DNA of 59,693 nucleotides from Octopus bimaculoides (lineage: Eukaryota), in assembly GCF_001194135.2 (NCBI RefSeq), contig NC_068981.1, positions 63,189,905-63,249,597 on the forward strand. Reading direction: 5' to 3'. Every line of letters begins with the position of its first letter. The first letter of the stretch is position 1. The translations under genes were made by a program, and so were the position numbers. The notes under the pieces are model-generated. The model was given only the letters and a program-made list of their open reading frames with translations, ran no database searches and had not been told where the DNA came from. Positions 1-12,250 of the stretch are shown one piece after another.

Positions 1-245
1 GCTTGTGCGGGTGGCACATAAAAGACACCATTTCGAGCGTGGCCGTTTTCGTGCGGGTGACACATAAAAGCACCCACTACACTCTCTGAGTGGTTGGCGT
101 TAGGAAGGGCATCCAGCTGTAGAAACTCTGCCAAATCAGACTGGAGCCTGGTGTTGCCATCCGGTTTCACCAGTCCTCAGTCAAATCGTCCAACCCATGC
201 TAGCATGGAAAGCGGACGTTAAACGATGAGGATGATGATGATGAT
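1..245 (+). mobile_element. RTE-type LINE 3' UTR fragment with (GAT)n tail
   Basis: Reverse complement of the 3' end of the ORF-bearing RTE copies at 1361 and 24190; ends ...GGAAAGCGGACGTTAAACGATGAGGATGATGATG. Older copies of the same tail at about 3630-4040, 20200-20440, 22000-22290, 30660-30900, 31900-32110, 34000-34260, 40380-40690, 41130-41270, 48660-48960. Confidence 0.8.
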
Positions 246-663
246 ATATAAAAATTCAACGGCACTAGCCAGATATATAAACGACTTTTACAGAACATTA
301 ATTATACATTGTCTTGGTCAATGTATAATACATATAATACTGGCAGATGTTACATTATCCTTCGCATGTTTAATTCCACTGTTTTGAATAAGTTTTCTGA
401 CGCTATTCATTCATGCAACCACAGATACTCCTCAACTTTCTTGAGATGATTTAAATATGAACCCACTTAACATTAATTTCTGTTGCACAACAATATATCA
501 CCAATGCAAATATAAATTTTAAGAAAGACAGTAAGCAATCAGCCCATCAGCCCTCGTAAAAACTTTCATAATTTACATAACTATATCTGCTCTTCTATAA
601 AAGCATCCAATTTTCTCATACCTTCGTAAAGAACTGAATACATATCTAGAGTAAACATCATTT

Positions 664-751
664 TTCCCTGATGAGGGGGGCATTCTCTGGAAATGAATCT
701 TGAGATTCATCTGTAATTCGGATGAATGAGCTCCAGAAATACTCGTTGGAA
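664..751 (+). ncRNA. Candidate type I hammerhead-like motif with extended stem II (Penelope-like terminal repeat)
   Basis: TTCC(664-667)-CTGATGA(668-674)-long imperfect stem II containing the hairpin ATGAATC/GATTCAT-GAAA(736-739)-TACTCGT-T(747)-GGAA(748-751). Confidence 0.45.
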
Positions 752-1221
752 CACTGTATTACTTCTAACATGTAACCCAAAACTCTTTTTAATGCCAATT
801 ACTATACCATATTTTAAATTTTTTTAAAAGACGTTCTTTATTTATATTCCACTGTTATTTTTGTCTATATTCAATTATTAGTATGTTTATATATCTATAT
901 GTCCATGTATATTTTAGTATTCATATATTATTATATTTCTATATATTTTTATAACTCTAATATATCAATACACTATTGATGAAGGTCACAGAGAGGGTCA
1001 TAGCCCAACTAATTAGTGTGAAAGTCTGCTTAGATAAAATGCAGTTCATTTTTTTGCCAGATAGAAGCTCCACTGATGCTATATTCCTGGTACGGCAACT
1101 GCAGGAGAAATGCCTAGCCAACTGATTACACATGCATACATGTACGCATGCACATATTCTCCAAGATGGTGTCCAAGAGACAAAAGAAACCAAGTTACAT
1201 GCATGTTTAGAAATAGATATA

Positions 1222-2597
1222 CGAGGGGGTGCTGAAAAGTTCCTGGCTTTAAGGGTATCACGAAAAGCCTGATTGGAGGCCCAACCTTCCAAGTTCTTTT
1301 ATAGACCTTAGAAAAACTGAAGGACTACTGCGATACGTGAGTGAATCTGAGAGGGGGATATCATCATCATCATCATCATCGTTTAACGTCCGCTTTCCAT
1401 GCTAGCATGGGTTGGACGATTTGACTGAGGACTGGTGCAACCGGATGGCTACACCAGGCTCCAATCTAATTTGGCAGAGTTTCTACAGCTGGATGCCCTT
1501 CCTAACGCCAACCACTCAGAGAGTGTAGTGGGTGCTTTTACGTGTCACCCGCACGANNNNNNNNNNNNNNNNNNNNNNNNNNNNNNNNNNNNNNNNNNNN
1601 NNNNNNNNNNNNNNNNNNNNNNNNNNNNNNNNNNNNNNNNNNNNNNNNNNNNNNNNNNNNNNNNNNNNNNNNNNNNNNNNNNNNNNNNNNNNNNNNNNNN
1701 NNNNNNNNNNNNNNNNNNNNNNNNNNNNNNNNNNNNNNNNNNNNNNNNNNNNNNNNNNNNNNNNNNNNNNNNNNNNNNNNNNNNNNNNNNNNNNNNNNNN
1801 NNNNNNNNNNNNNNNNNNNNNNNNNNNNNNNNNNNNNNNNNNNNNNNNNNNNNNNNNNNNNNNNNNNNNNNNNNNNNNNNNNNNNNNNNNNNNNNNNNNN
1901 NNNNNNNNNNNNNNNNNNNNNNNNNNNNNNNNNNNNNNNNNNNNNNNNNNNNNNNNNNNNNNNNNNNNNNNNNNNNNNNNNNNNNNNNNNNNNNNNNNNN
2001 NNNNNNNNNNNNNNNNNNNNNNNNNNNNNNNNNNNNNNNNNNNNNNNNNNNNNNNNNNNNNNNNNNNNNNNNNNNNNNNNNNNNNNNNNNNNNNNNNNNN
2101 NNNNNNNNNNNNNNNNNNNNNNNNNNNNNNNNNNNNNNNNNNNNNNNNNNNNNNNNTCCCTCAACTGTTAGGGAGTGGCACTTTTTCACGCAACTATCCT
2201 CATTCATTCTCACTACATGTCCAAACCAGCGCAATCGTCTCTCTTGCACACCACTACTGACGCTTCTTATGTTCAGCTTTTCTCTCAAGATACTTAAACT
2301 CTGATGGGTATGCACATTTACATTACACATCCAGCGGAGCATACTGGCTTCATTCCTTGTGAGCTTACGCATGTCCTCAGCAGTCACAGCCCATGTTTCA
2401 CTGCCATGTAGCATGGCTGTTCGTACACATGCGTCATACAGTCTGCCTTTTACCCTGAGTGAGAGTCCCTTTGTCGCCAGCAGAGGTTAGAGCTCTCTAA
2501 ACTTGGCCCAGGCTATTCTTGTTGAGACAAATCTTAATTAGCTGATCCTCTTGTATTTTCTTTTACCCAAAGCCAGGAACTTTTCGGTACCTTCTTG
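1222..2597. mobile_element. Mariner-derived MITE split in two by an RTE insertion (parts 1222-1360 and about 2521-2597)
   Basis: TIRs CGAGGGGGTGCTGAAAAGTTCCTGGCTTT and AAAGCCAGGAACTTTTCGGTACCTTCTTG, flanked by TA at 1220-1221 and 2598-2599. Confidence 0.75.
1361..2520 (-). mobile_element. 5'-truncated RTE-clade LINE (end of ORF, 3' UTR, (GAT)n tail); contains an N gap
   Basis: Minus strand reads RIAWAKFREL*PLLATKGLSLRVKGRLYDACVRTAMLHGSETWAVT...RRLRWFGHVVRM, the typical post-RT C-terminus of RTE elements, with one in-frame stop; (CAT)n on + at 1361-1380. Confidence 0.9.
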
Positions 2598-2764
2598 TAT
2601 AACCAGAATAAGGACAAAGTAGAGGAGCTATTATTAACCTCTGCTGACAACAAGCATGTTTCTCTTCAAATGAAGGGTAGATCTATGTGATGCTGCATGG
2701 AAGTGAGTCATGTGCAGTGATTGCAGAAAATGTAAGAACATTGGATAGAAATGAAGTAAGCATG

Positions 2765-3226
2765 CACACAGACATGGCTGTGTGGTAAGAAGCTTGCTTC
2801 CCAACCACATGGTTCCGGATTCCGTCCCACTGTGTAGCTCCTTGGGCAAGTGTCTTCTACTACAGCCTCGGGCCAACCAAAGCCGTGTGAGTGGATTTGG
2901 TAGATGGAAACTGAAAGAAGCCTGTTGTGTATATGTGTGTGTGTGTGTGCATGCGTGTGTGTATGTATGTGTGTGTATATGTGTGTGTGTGTGTATGCGT
3001 GTGTGTGTTTGTGCCTTTATGTCTGTGTTTGTCCCCACCACACATGACAACCAGTGTTGGTCTATTTACGTCCCCATAACTTAGCAGTTCAGCAAAAGAC
3101 ACCAATGGAATAAGTACCAGGCTGAAAAAAGATAATTCTTGGAGTCGATTTATTCAACTAAAACCTTCAAGGCAGGGCTCCAGCATGGCTGCAGTCAAAT
3201 GACTGAAACAAGTAAAAGGTAAAAGG
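2765..3226 (+). mobile_element. Abundant tRNA-derived SINE (here 'SINE-A') with internal (GT)n tract
   Basis: Head ...TGGCTGTGTGGTAAGAAGCTTGCTTCCCAACCACATGGTTCCGGATTC, central CTTGGGCAAGTGTCTTCTACTACAGCC, tail GACTGAAACAAGTAAAAGG. Related copies at about 8180-8330(-), 13533-13860(-), 14826-15010, 19362-19790(-), 20790-20960, 23290-23876(-), 29573-29910, 35205-35350, 41860-42175, 48220-48430(-), 51990-52140. Confidence 0.8.
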
Positions 3227-3301
3227 TGATGAGGATGATGATGATGGCAATGATGATGATGTATTATATGTAACCTAATTATTTTGCTTTTTGTATTTCA
3301 G

Positions 3302-3455
3302 AAGAGTGAAAGAAAAGGTATTTCAAGCCATCATTAATGAGTTCAATATCCCTCATACAGATCTCTATCTTACTAAACCAACCTTCTTTTCAAGAATGAC
3401 GCCAAAACCAGCTAAAACCATTCATGATGAATATTGGCATTTACATATTGACAAG
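3302..3455 (+). CDS. OGFOD3: OGFOD3 internal coding exon (antepenultimate); earlier exons not seen in the window
   Basis: TTCAG acceptor and GTAAGT donor; encodes RVKEKVFQAIINEFNIPHTDLYLTKPTFFSRMTPKPAKTIHDEYWHLHIDK, matching OGFOD3 as recalled (LTKPTFFSR...HDEYWHAHVDK) and containing the HxD iron ligands. Confidence 0.93.
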
Positions 3456-4662
3456 GTAAGTGCTATGATACAGAATAACATTTAACCTAGTATTAAAATA
3501 TCAATATCCACCAAAAATGATATAGAATTCAGCAATTTACATGAATGGCTATTCTAGTATTGTTCTCACAAGAGAATACTAATATATGTGTGTATATGTA
3601 TTACAACACACACACACACACACACTATATCATCATCATCATCATCATTTAATATTTGTTGTCCATGCTGGCATGGGTTGGACGGTTTGACCAGGGCTGG
3701 TAAGTTGAGGGGCTCCACCAGACTTCAGTCTGATGTGGCATGATGCTCTACAACTGGATGCCCTTCCTAATGCCAACCACTCCGAGAGTGTAATGGGTGC
3801 TTTTACATGCCACCAGCATGGGTGCCATTTGCGTGACACCAGTATCTGTCATGACTGCAATTTTATGTGGCTTGATGGGTCTCCTTCTCATACATGACAT
3901 AATGCAAAAGATTTCAGTCATTTGTCATTGCCTCCATGAGGCCCAACACTCAAAAGGAGCTTTTCATGTGCCACCAACAATGGTCTCTTTGCCTCTGTGA
4001 GGCCCAACGCTCGAAAGATGCTTTTTATGTATCACCAGCACAAGTGCCAATTATGTGATGTATTTTGAGAGTTTAGAAATGTGTATAACACACAGTAACT
4101 ATGTGATATCATCATAAGAGTGTTGATGTGTGTTTAGTACATCAAGTGTGTGAAGAGTAATACTACATTTGAGGACATACCTGAAATTTAATATATCTAT
4201 ATATATATATATATTTGAAAATATTTGTAAAAGTACCACACGAACTTAACGAAAGGACCATGTGCGCATGCAAGAAATAACAGTAAACTATGAATGTCAT
4301 TCTTAATTATGATTTCAATTTTATTTTATTAATAGCCCTTTTCTCTTCTCACATATTTTATATTCATTTTTGATAAGGTTTTTCAAAAAAACTGAAATAT
4401 GTAAATTAATTAAAACACCCTAAAAATGTTTTTAAAAAGTGGCATTTTCATTTTTATTCATTTTCAATATATATATATTCTTGAAACTTGGTTATTTTCC
4501 CTAAAACTATATATTTTATATATATTTTATCTGTAAAGCTCAATTTAATTTTGATTTTTTTATAAATTGATTTTAATTGAGTTTTTACCTGCAATTTTGG
4601 ATTTTGTCCCTAATATTNNNNNNNNNNNNNNNNNNNNNNGTTATACTTACTACTCATTACAG

Positions 4663-4786
4663 AAAACTTACGGCACCTTTCACTATACATCTCTCTTGTA
4701 TCTAACCACCTATGGAGAAGATTTCACTGGCGGCAGATTTACATTTGTTGACAAAGATAAAAATTCCACTGTGGAACCTAAATTGG
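4663..4786 (+). CDS. OGFOD3: OGFOD3 penultimate coding exon (124 nt, phase 0 to 1)
   Basis: TACAG acceptor and GTGAGT donor; KTYGTFHYTSLLYLTTYGEDFTGGRFTFVDKDKNSTVEPKL(G) continues in frame from the previous exon. Confidence 0.93.
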
Positions 4787-5020
4787 GTGAGTTGATTTGC
4801 TGTTTGGAAATTCACCACATTTTAAAATTCTTTAATAAATCCTCAGGTTAACCAACAACTTCTTAGTGAAATTTGGTAGATTGAAACGGTACAGAATCTT
4901 TTTATATGTATAACCTACTCCTGTTGCTAACCCATTGCACCCTCATTATGGGGAGATGTCTTCTCAGCCCATTTAGGAAGTTTACCACTCTAAACAAACC
5001 TAACAGTATATAAGAAGATA

Positions 5021-5868
5021 CGTGGTGTTATCAAAAGGTTCCTGAACTAGTTATGCTTAATAAAAAATAACTTATTTACCTAAATTTTAATATCATCTCC
5101 TTTGAAATAGTCACCTTGCGCAGTAATACACCACTCCCAGTGTTCCTGCCACTTTTGGAATCCGGCCTGGAAGTCATTTTCTGTAAATGAGTCAGGGATC
5201 TTTTGTGATTTGCTCTAGATCTCAACAACGGTGTTAAAATGCCAACCTTTGAGCTGCATTTTCATCTTGGAGAAAAGATGGAAGTCTGCAGGTGCTAAAT
5301 CTGGCAAATAGGGCAGGTGCTGAAGCGATACTATGTTGTTTTTGGTGTGAGACTCATGAGTGAGGAGAGCTCGGTGACAGGATGCATTGTTTTCATGAAG
5401 AATCCAATTCTTCAAAATGTCATTGATTGTCCTCTGATGATTATCATGCTCAAGCTGATGAATTTTCTCAACGTTTCCAGCAGTGACACTTGGGGCAGGT
5501 CTTCTAGATTGCTCATCATCTTCCAGGGATGTTCTTTCATTTTTGAAGCACCTGTGCTACTCAAAACATTGTGTATGACCCATTACCTCATTGCTGAAGC
5601 ATGCTCAATGTCTCTGGAACAGACTTCCCAAGTTTAACTCAAAATTTCACATTGGCTCCTTGTTCCTGTCCATGACAAAAATTGCAGACTACAGTTTACA
5701 TATGATCACAAAAACATAAATTTCACAACTTGTGAAGTAAACACACCAATGTCACTTGGTACACTGCCTCATGAAGGTCACTACTAGATCTCACTATGCA
5801 TGCAACCATGTGCTGCCGTCTGTTGGCACACTGCAGAACTAGTTCAAGAACTTTTTGGTACCACCTCA
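5021..5868 (-). mobile_element. Internally deleted mariner element (848 bp) in the last OGFOD3 intron
   Basis: About 32-bp imperfect TIRs (CGTGGTGTTATCAAAAGGTTCCTGAACTAGTT / AACTAGTTCAAGAACTTTTTGGTACCACCTCA) with TA on both sides; minus frame WILHENNASCH...HLPYLPDLAPADFHLFSKMK matches the mariner HDNA and YSPDLAP motifs. Confidence 0.88.
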
Positions 5869-6299
5869 TATTACATGGAAGAAATGTAGATTCCACAAAT
5901 TGTAATAAAGGTAATCTAGGAAAGCAGTAGATTTGAATAAAATTTCATAACAGAGTATAGGAGTCATTTAAAACCTGGTAGACACCTTCTCTAGTGCCAG
6001 TGATATGATAAAATGCATCCTGTTTGTGGTGTAAATTGTTTTAGGATAGAAAGAATATCAAGTTGCAAAAAGCAGAAATCAAAACATTAACCAATAAAAG
6101 GAGTCTATATGGTGTAGAATCAAATATTTGTTTAGAAAAATTGGGGTGACTTTTCTGCCTCACATCTTTGGCAAACCTTTCTTTTTAAATAAATATGTGA
6201 GTATGTATGTTGTGTGTGTAACTTTCTTTCTCCAATATATATTGGTAAAGGATATGAACACTGGCAAAATCCTGGTTCTTTGAGCAGAGTCTCTCATGA

Positions 6300-7600
6300 G
6301 AGTGTTTCTGTCATTATTGGTGTCAACAACTATTTCCTACAAATTACATTTGTGGGAAATAATTAACAGAATCCAGGAGTGGTTTAAAAGTAATACAAAG
6401 ATGTAATTTTCTCTGTCACCCAGTGCATTTGTGATGCAGCCATGATGGTCTCAGGCTTCCAGTATTCATGTACTCACCACAAAAAGGAACTCTAATCAGT
6501 CAGTGCAGCTTGTCAGAGTGGTAGACTTGTGTCTGCTCCTCTGCCAGCCACTGATTCCATTTGGTGCAAACATGCAATTTAAATGGTTTGTTAATGTTGA
6601 TGTCCAATTGATGTACAAGAGTTGACATCTCATTAATATTGAAAGGAAGACTGGTCTTCATGGATTTCAGTTGCTGTTTCAGAGCAAGTTCTTGACAATG
6701 GTATTTGAAAATGTCAAGCATCTGTAAGGAAGGCTGTTTCAGATGACTGCTATGTGTCTTCTCCCACCATTTTGATCCATCCATTTGTTATCTCTACATC
6801 AAATTACTCCATTTTGCAGATGTAAACATCCTCTGTTTCTTTCAAAAATGTTTCAATGAAGAAGATTTTTCTTTTGAAAACAACATAGGGTGGTAGTTTT
6901 TCGCCATTACCAGTAACAGCTGACATTACTATAAAATGATTCTTCTCTTCACCAGTGATTTTATAATGATTATCTTCTAACTCTTGATATCAACTGTCTG
7001 TGAGGAGGAGGATGTCAAAGGTCATTTCTTGTCTGTAACAAGTAGTACTCAGTGGCTTCCTACTATCTAAAGCTGAAATGCTGAACCCACTCTTAAGTCT
7101 TTGAGATCTGCAGTTAAATTTTGTGTTATGTCATTCTGACAACAAACTAATATTCATATCTCTCTATAAGGCACTGACTCCATCATCCAACACAGGCTTT
7201 GAAGTTGTGAGGTGTTGTTATTATCTTCTTCATAATTTCAAATGCTTTGAGACTTATATCAAATGTGCTAATTCCAATGCCAGTCATTTTATGTTTCTTC
7301 ACCAACTTGATTGGCTTGTCTTCCAACTAAAAAAATACTGCAGATTTCCTCTGTCTGTCTTCTTTGACTTTAGCATGGATTGAAGTTTGTACACGTTTTT
7401 GCATCTGTCAGATATTGGACTGAGAACATCCAAAATAATGAACAAATACCTGAATCCCATTTTCCACTGCATACAGGACTGGCTTCAATTTCATTGCACT
7501 TGTGCATTATGTTCTTTTAGACATCGTCACTGATAATGATAAACTCCTGCATCACATTATAAACATGTTTTTACATAGATGAAAGCATCTTTATTTATTT
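6300..7600 (-). mobile_element. Degenerate pogo/Tigger-type (DDE_1) transposase relic
   Basis: Minus strand gives LPPYVVFKRK (about 6870-6898) and SLQMLDIFKYH...MSTLVHQLDININKPFKLHVCTKWNQWLAE, resembling pogo motifs KLPPYVIFK, LLVLDAF.GH and QPLDV.INKPFK. Boundaries approximate. Confidence 0.75.
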
Positions 7601-8654
7601 TCACTAGTGAACAATAAATACTTTGTTCTTCCATGACAGCACAACCAAGTGCATATCAAAGAGAAACTGAATAGTAAAACTGAATATAAACTTATTTAAG
7701 TACTCTGACATTATCAAAGTGCAATTGAGTTTTTCTCCAAAAAAATCATTGCGTGCTTTCTACAATGTTGACTTTACAGCAGATGTTTTTTTATGGCCTA
7801 CATTGATGAAGTTAAAAGGTCACTTTTGAATTTACTTTCTTTCATTTAGGGTGCATGTACTTTTACAAGTTTAGTTAGGAATGACATCATCATCACCATC
7901 AGCAACTGTCAAACACTACTTCTTAAAATAGCCATGTTTCCTGGTACTTCAGCAGTATTGGCAGGCAATTATCATAATGTAACGTCCACTTTTCCATGCT
8001 TGCATGGGTCATACGAAATTTTATTGGGGTAGATTTTGTACAACTGAAATGCTCTTCCTGTCTCCAACCCTCACCTGTTTTTATGCAAGATATTTTCCCA
8101 TGGTCAGACATGCTTTTCATGAACAACCTCGCTTGTATGATGGTGATGTTCATTTACAAGCATCACATGTCTAGACAATTGTACACACAAACACACACAC
8201 ACACACGATGGGTTTCTTTCAGTTTCTATCTACGAAATCCACTCACGAGACCATGGTTGGCCCACGACTATAGTAGAAGACACATACCCAAGATGCCACA
8301 TGGTGAGGAAGCAATCTTCTCAACCATGCAGCTACTCTTGCACCTGTTAGAGATAATTATCATTAACACTTAAGAAAAATAAAGGCAGTAAGCTGGCAGA
8401 ATTGTTAGCACCCAGGCAAAATGCTTAACTGCATTTCATCTGTTTTCACATTCTGAGTTCAAATTCCACCAAGGTTGATTTTGCCTTTCATCCTTTCGGT
8501 ATCAATAAAATAAGTACCAGTTGTGCACTGGGGTTGATGTAATTGACTTACCCACTCCTCCGAAATTGCTGGCCTTGTGCCAAAATTTGAAACCATTATT
8601 AATACTTAAAAAGTAAATTTTTTTGTAATACAATGTTTTTTTCTCTCTTCGTAG

Positions 8655-8782
8655 GTCGTGTATCATTTTTTACTTCAGGATCAGAAAATCCTCATTTTGT
8701 TGAAAAGGTTTCCTCAGGCGAGAGATATGCAATCACGATTTCATTCACATGTGACCCAACCAAAGCAATCAAAATCCAATGA
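8655..8782 (+). CDS. OGFOD3: OGFOD3 terminal coding exon including the TGA stop
   Basis: Polypyrimidine tract plus GTAG acceptor; (G)RVSFFTSGSENPHFVEKVSSGERYAITISFTCDPTKAIKIQ*; contains the distal His and the 2OG-binding Arg; phase matches the previous exon. Confidence 0.93.
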
Positions 8783-9377
8783 TTTCACATACTGATCCAC
8801 TGGACCCAGTGAATCCCCTACATAGAACTTCTTTTATTTTTATTTTTCATATATTTCTTTGTTTATTCAAAGCAATAGTCTTCCATACTCATAAACATAC
8901 ACACACACACATACACACATAGATGCATACACACACACATACACACACACACACATACATACACACATGCATACACGCACATATGGGACAACATTAATTC
9001 TGAAACTGAACTATTGCAAAGAGAACAACTTCTCTAAAAAAATTTTTTTTATTGGTGAACCCAAGGTTATGACTGAAGACACTTGCCTGAGGTACCACAC
9101 AGTGGGATTGAACTCAGAACCACAGAACCACATAGTTTCAAAGTAAACTTCTTAACCATACAATAAAGAAACAATTATTACTCATTGTTGTGATGTAAGG
9201 AATTATAGTTTTCTGTTCTTCTTCTACATTTATTTTTCCTTTCAGCAACATTCTTAGACACACACACACACACACATGTATGTATGTATGTGTGTGAGAG
9301 AGAGAATTTACTTCTAAAACAGATCCATTGCAGCAAAAGAATCCTATAGAATTCTTTTGCCTCATTTTCTTTTCTTT

Positions 9378-9930
9378 CTTCTATCACATTAGGTGATAAT
9401 GTCTTCACAATCAACCATGTCCCATTGCATAATTTAGGAGGATCTAAATTTCTTGGAAGCATTCTCAGGCCTCCTACTTTCAGGAAAAGTTTATGTGGAA
9501 AAGTTCCATGTGGCTCAAGAGAATTAAGGAACTCTGTTGTATAATGGACCGCTTGATTTTCATCAAGGACTAACTCAACTGATTTGTACTCCTTAATGAC
9601 TGCTGGAATCTTATTTGTTAATTCATGGTTAATCCTTGCTACTGTCTCAGTTTTTGGAGCAAGAATTGCCCTTTCACACAACCATTTATGTGAACTATAA
9701 TTGTTACTCAAGTCTGGAAATACCCTGTTCTCCAATTCAGTTGAGGAATTCACCATGGTAGCTATATGAGCAAAACTGATATCACCATTCCCATCAAATG
9801 GTACTTTCCCATTTCCTAATTTTCCTTTTTGACTCTTGGTACCTGTGGATTGCATCTTGTTGATGTAATTGTTCTAACCGTTTTTCCTGTGCCTCTTGTG
9901 ATTCATTGGCCCTGCGTGCAGCAGGGTTCT
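9378..9930 (-). mobile_element. Helitron RepHel fragment (PIF1-like helicase C-terminal part)
   Basis: LGNGKVP...VFPDLSNNYSSHKWLCERAILAPKTETVARIN...YTTEFLNSLEPHGTFPHKLFLKVGGLRMLPRNLDPPKLCNGT matches Helitron helicase motifs (ERAILAP.N, EFLNSL...G.PPH.L.LKVG, LRNL.PP.LCNGTRL). Confidence 0.88.
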
Positions 9931-10144
9931 ATGTATATGTATATGCGAATCTGTTTATTTGATTAGGTAATAGGCGTAGATGTATAGCTATGTGTATGTG
10001 TATGAGTCTATTTCTATTTATACATGTGTGTATATATAAATGGATACATATGTGTATATGGGGACATGCACACATGTGTATATTTGTATATGCATGGGTA
10101 TGTATGTGCATATGTATAAATGTGGACGTATGAGTGTATATATA

Positions 10145-10194
<50 letters not shown>

Positions 10195-10322
10195 CAAGTG
10201 CACATATGTATGTATATGTATATACATATATATATATATGTGTGTGTGTGTATCAGTATGCATGTATGTGTGTGTTTGTGTATATGTATTTATGTATGCA
10301 TGTACGTTCTCACACATTTATA
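9930..10322. repeat. Compound (TA)/(TG) microsatellite running into an N gap
   Basis: Low-complexity TA/TG/TATG sequence; source of many spurious H/I/Y/T-rich ORFs. Confidence 0.95.
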
Positions 10323-11094
10323 NNNNNNNNNNNNNNNNNNNNNNNNNNNNNNNNNNNNNNNNNNNNNNNNNNNNNNNNNNNNNNNNNNNNNNNNNNNNNN
10401 NNNNNNNNNNNNNNNNNNNNNNNNNNNNNNNNNNNNNNNNNNNNNNNNNNNNNNNNNNNNNNNNNNNNNNNNNNNNNNNNNNNNNNNNNNNNNNNNNNNN
10501 NNNNNNNNNNNNNNNNNNNNNNNNNNNNNNNNNNNNNNNNNNNNNNNNNNNNNNNNNNNNNNNNNNNNNNNNNNNNNNNNNNNNNNNNNNNNNNNNNNNN
10601 NNNNNNNNNNNNNNNNNNNNNNNNNNNNNNNNNNNNNNNNNNNNNNNNNNACTGCTGTGTCTGGGGAGAGTCATTCTCTTTACATGCCTTATAATTTAAC
10701 ACACTCACCAGTAAAAAGTTTATGTTAAATTGCCCCATTCACCAGCTTATTAATGAGAAAGTTCTTTTATTAAATTCTTCATTATTTAAGAAATTAATAG
10801 AAACAAAGGCAGTTTATGTCAGAATATACTGTAACAGAAATATGGTAATAACAGAGTTTAGCAAACGTCATTTCCTCACTGCATTAGTAAATCTAATTAC
10901 ATATTTTATACTCACTACATTAATTCTAGCGTCACTAATTATTCACTATTGTTGTACATGAAATGACTATTTTTGAGCAATTAACTTCAGTGGTTAATTA
11001 TTTTTTTTTAGATATGTAAACATCATATGAAAGCATCCTGGGATCATTTGTAGTTTGTTGAATTTCTACTGAAATTGTTCCAGGTTATGAGAAA

Positions 11095-11490
11095 GATAAC
11101 AAAATGCCTTCCAGAAGTTTTGAGATTTTTACAGGAGAAACATTTATTAATTTCAAAGAAGTACAAAACTCTAATCTCTTTTGAAATAGGATCCTCTGAT
11201 TTCAATGCACTTGTAGCACTCCAACCACTTTGTGAAGGTTCCATGGAAGTCTTCCATACTGAAGATCTCCAGGACTCTTGTCGTCTCCTTCATCTTAGAG
11301 AACAACCAAAAGTCACAGGGAGCAAGATTTGGATTGTGGGGAGGGTGAGAGGCAGTTTTGATGCCCATCTGTATCAAGTAGTTGGAAGACTACTACAAAA
11401 AAAAAAAAACAGTAAGGGATGGTACATAAAAACCAGTCTTTGGGAATCTGTAGTTGTGGTCTCTGGTGATAAAATTTATTGAATAACTCT
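11095..11490 (-). mobile_element. Mariner transposase C-terminal relic
   Basis: Minus frame MGIKTASHPPHNPNLAPCDFWLFSKMK...FHGTFTKWLECYKCIEIRGSYF matches the HPPYSPDLAPCDFWLF and terminal RW.KCI...G.YF motifs. Confidence 0.8.
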
Positions 11491-12250
11491 ATATATATCA
11501 TAGGGAGATAAGGGCTTGTCTTATTTTGAACCAACTTGTTCTGTATTTTGTGGGGAAGATGAATACCCTGAAATATAAAACCAATTCTTTCAATATTCTG
11601 TGGGGAGGTGAGCTTAGGCATCCTAAATTCCATGGGAAAATGTGTATCTTGGAATGTCAAGCCAGGCCCTTCTGTTATTTTGATATTTTGAGCCAAACCT
11701 TTCAACTAAAGGCTTGGCTTGAAATATCAGAATTCTTGTCATTCTATGGCATACAAACTTGATTAAATTACTATACTTTACTAACAAATGATTCTCTATG
11801 AAAGCTATTTTGTTTTGACTAGCACAGTGATTATGAGGTTAAGTTTCTGAACTATTGAACATTTGGTTGTAAAGTTCAAATCGTCAGTTATTGTTTTATG
11901 TCTTTGAGTAAAGGTACATAATTCTGTTAGTTAAACTTGTGCCTATAGTAGAAAGGATTATTATCATTATTAAGGTGGCAAGCTGGTAGAATCATTAGTG
12001 TTTAGCAACATTTCTTCCAGCTCTTTATATTCAGTGTTCAAATTCCACCATGGGCAGCTTTGCCTTTCATTTTTCGGGGTTGATAAAATAAAATACCAGT
12101 CAAATTCTGGGATCAATGTAATCAACATGCTCCTATGATTATTATCATTATTATTCTTTCTAATTTTGGCACAAGGCTAGTAATTTTGAGAGGAGGGGCA
12201 AGTTGGCTACATTGACCCTAGCACTTCACTAGTACTTTATTTTATTGACT

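Noticed and set aside
301-329. Perfect 11-bp inverted repeat ATTATACATTG/CAATGTATAAT
   Set aside because: AT-rich and isolated; such a match can arise by chance in a window of this size and composition.
1435-2304. Long + strand ORFs spanning N gaps (also at 20785, 23334, 24267, 27951, 48280, 57942)
   Set aside because: Artefacts of translating Ns; the flanks are SINE or RTE sequence.
9929-10738. Cluster of overlapping 60-220 aa ORFs
   Set aside because: Translations of TA/TG microsatellite and N runs; no coding signal.
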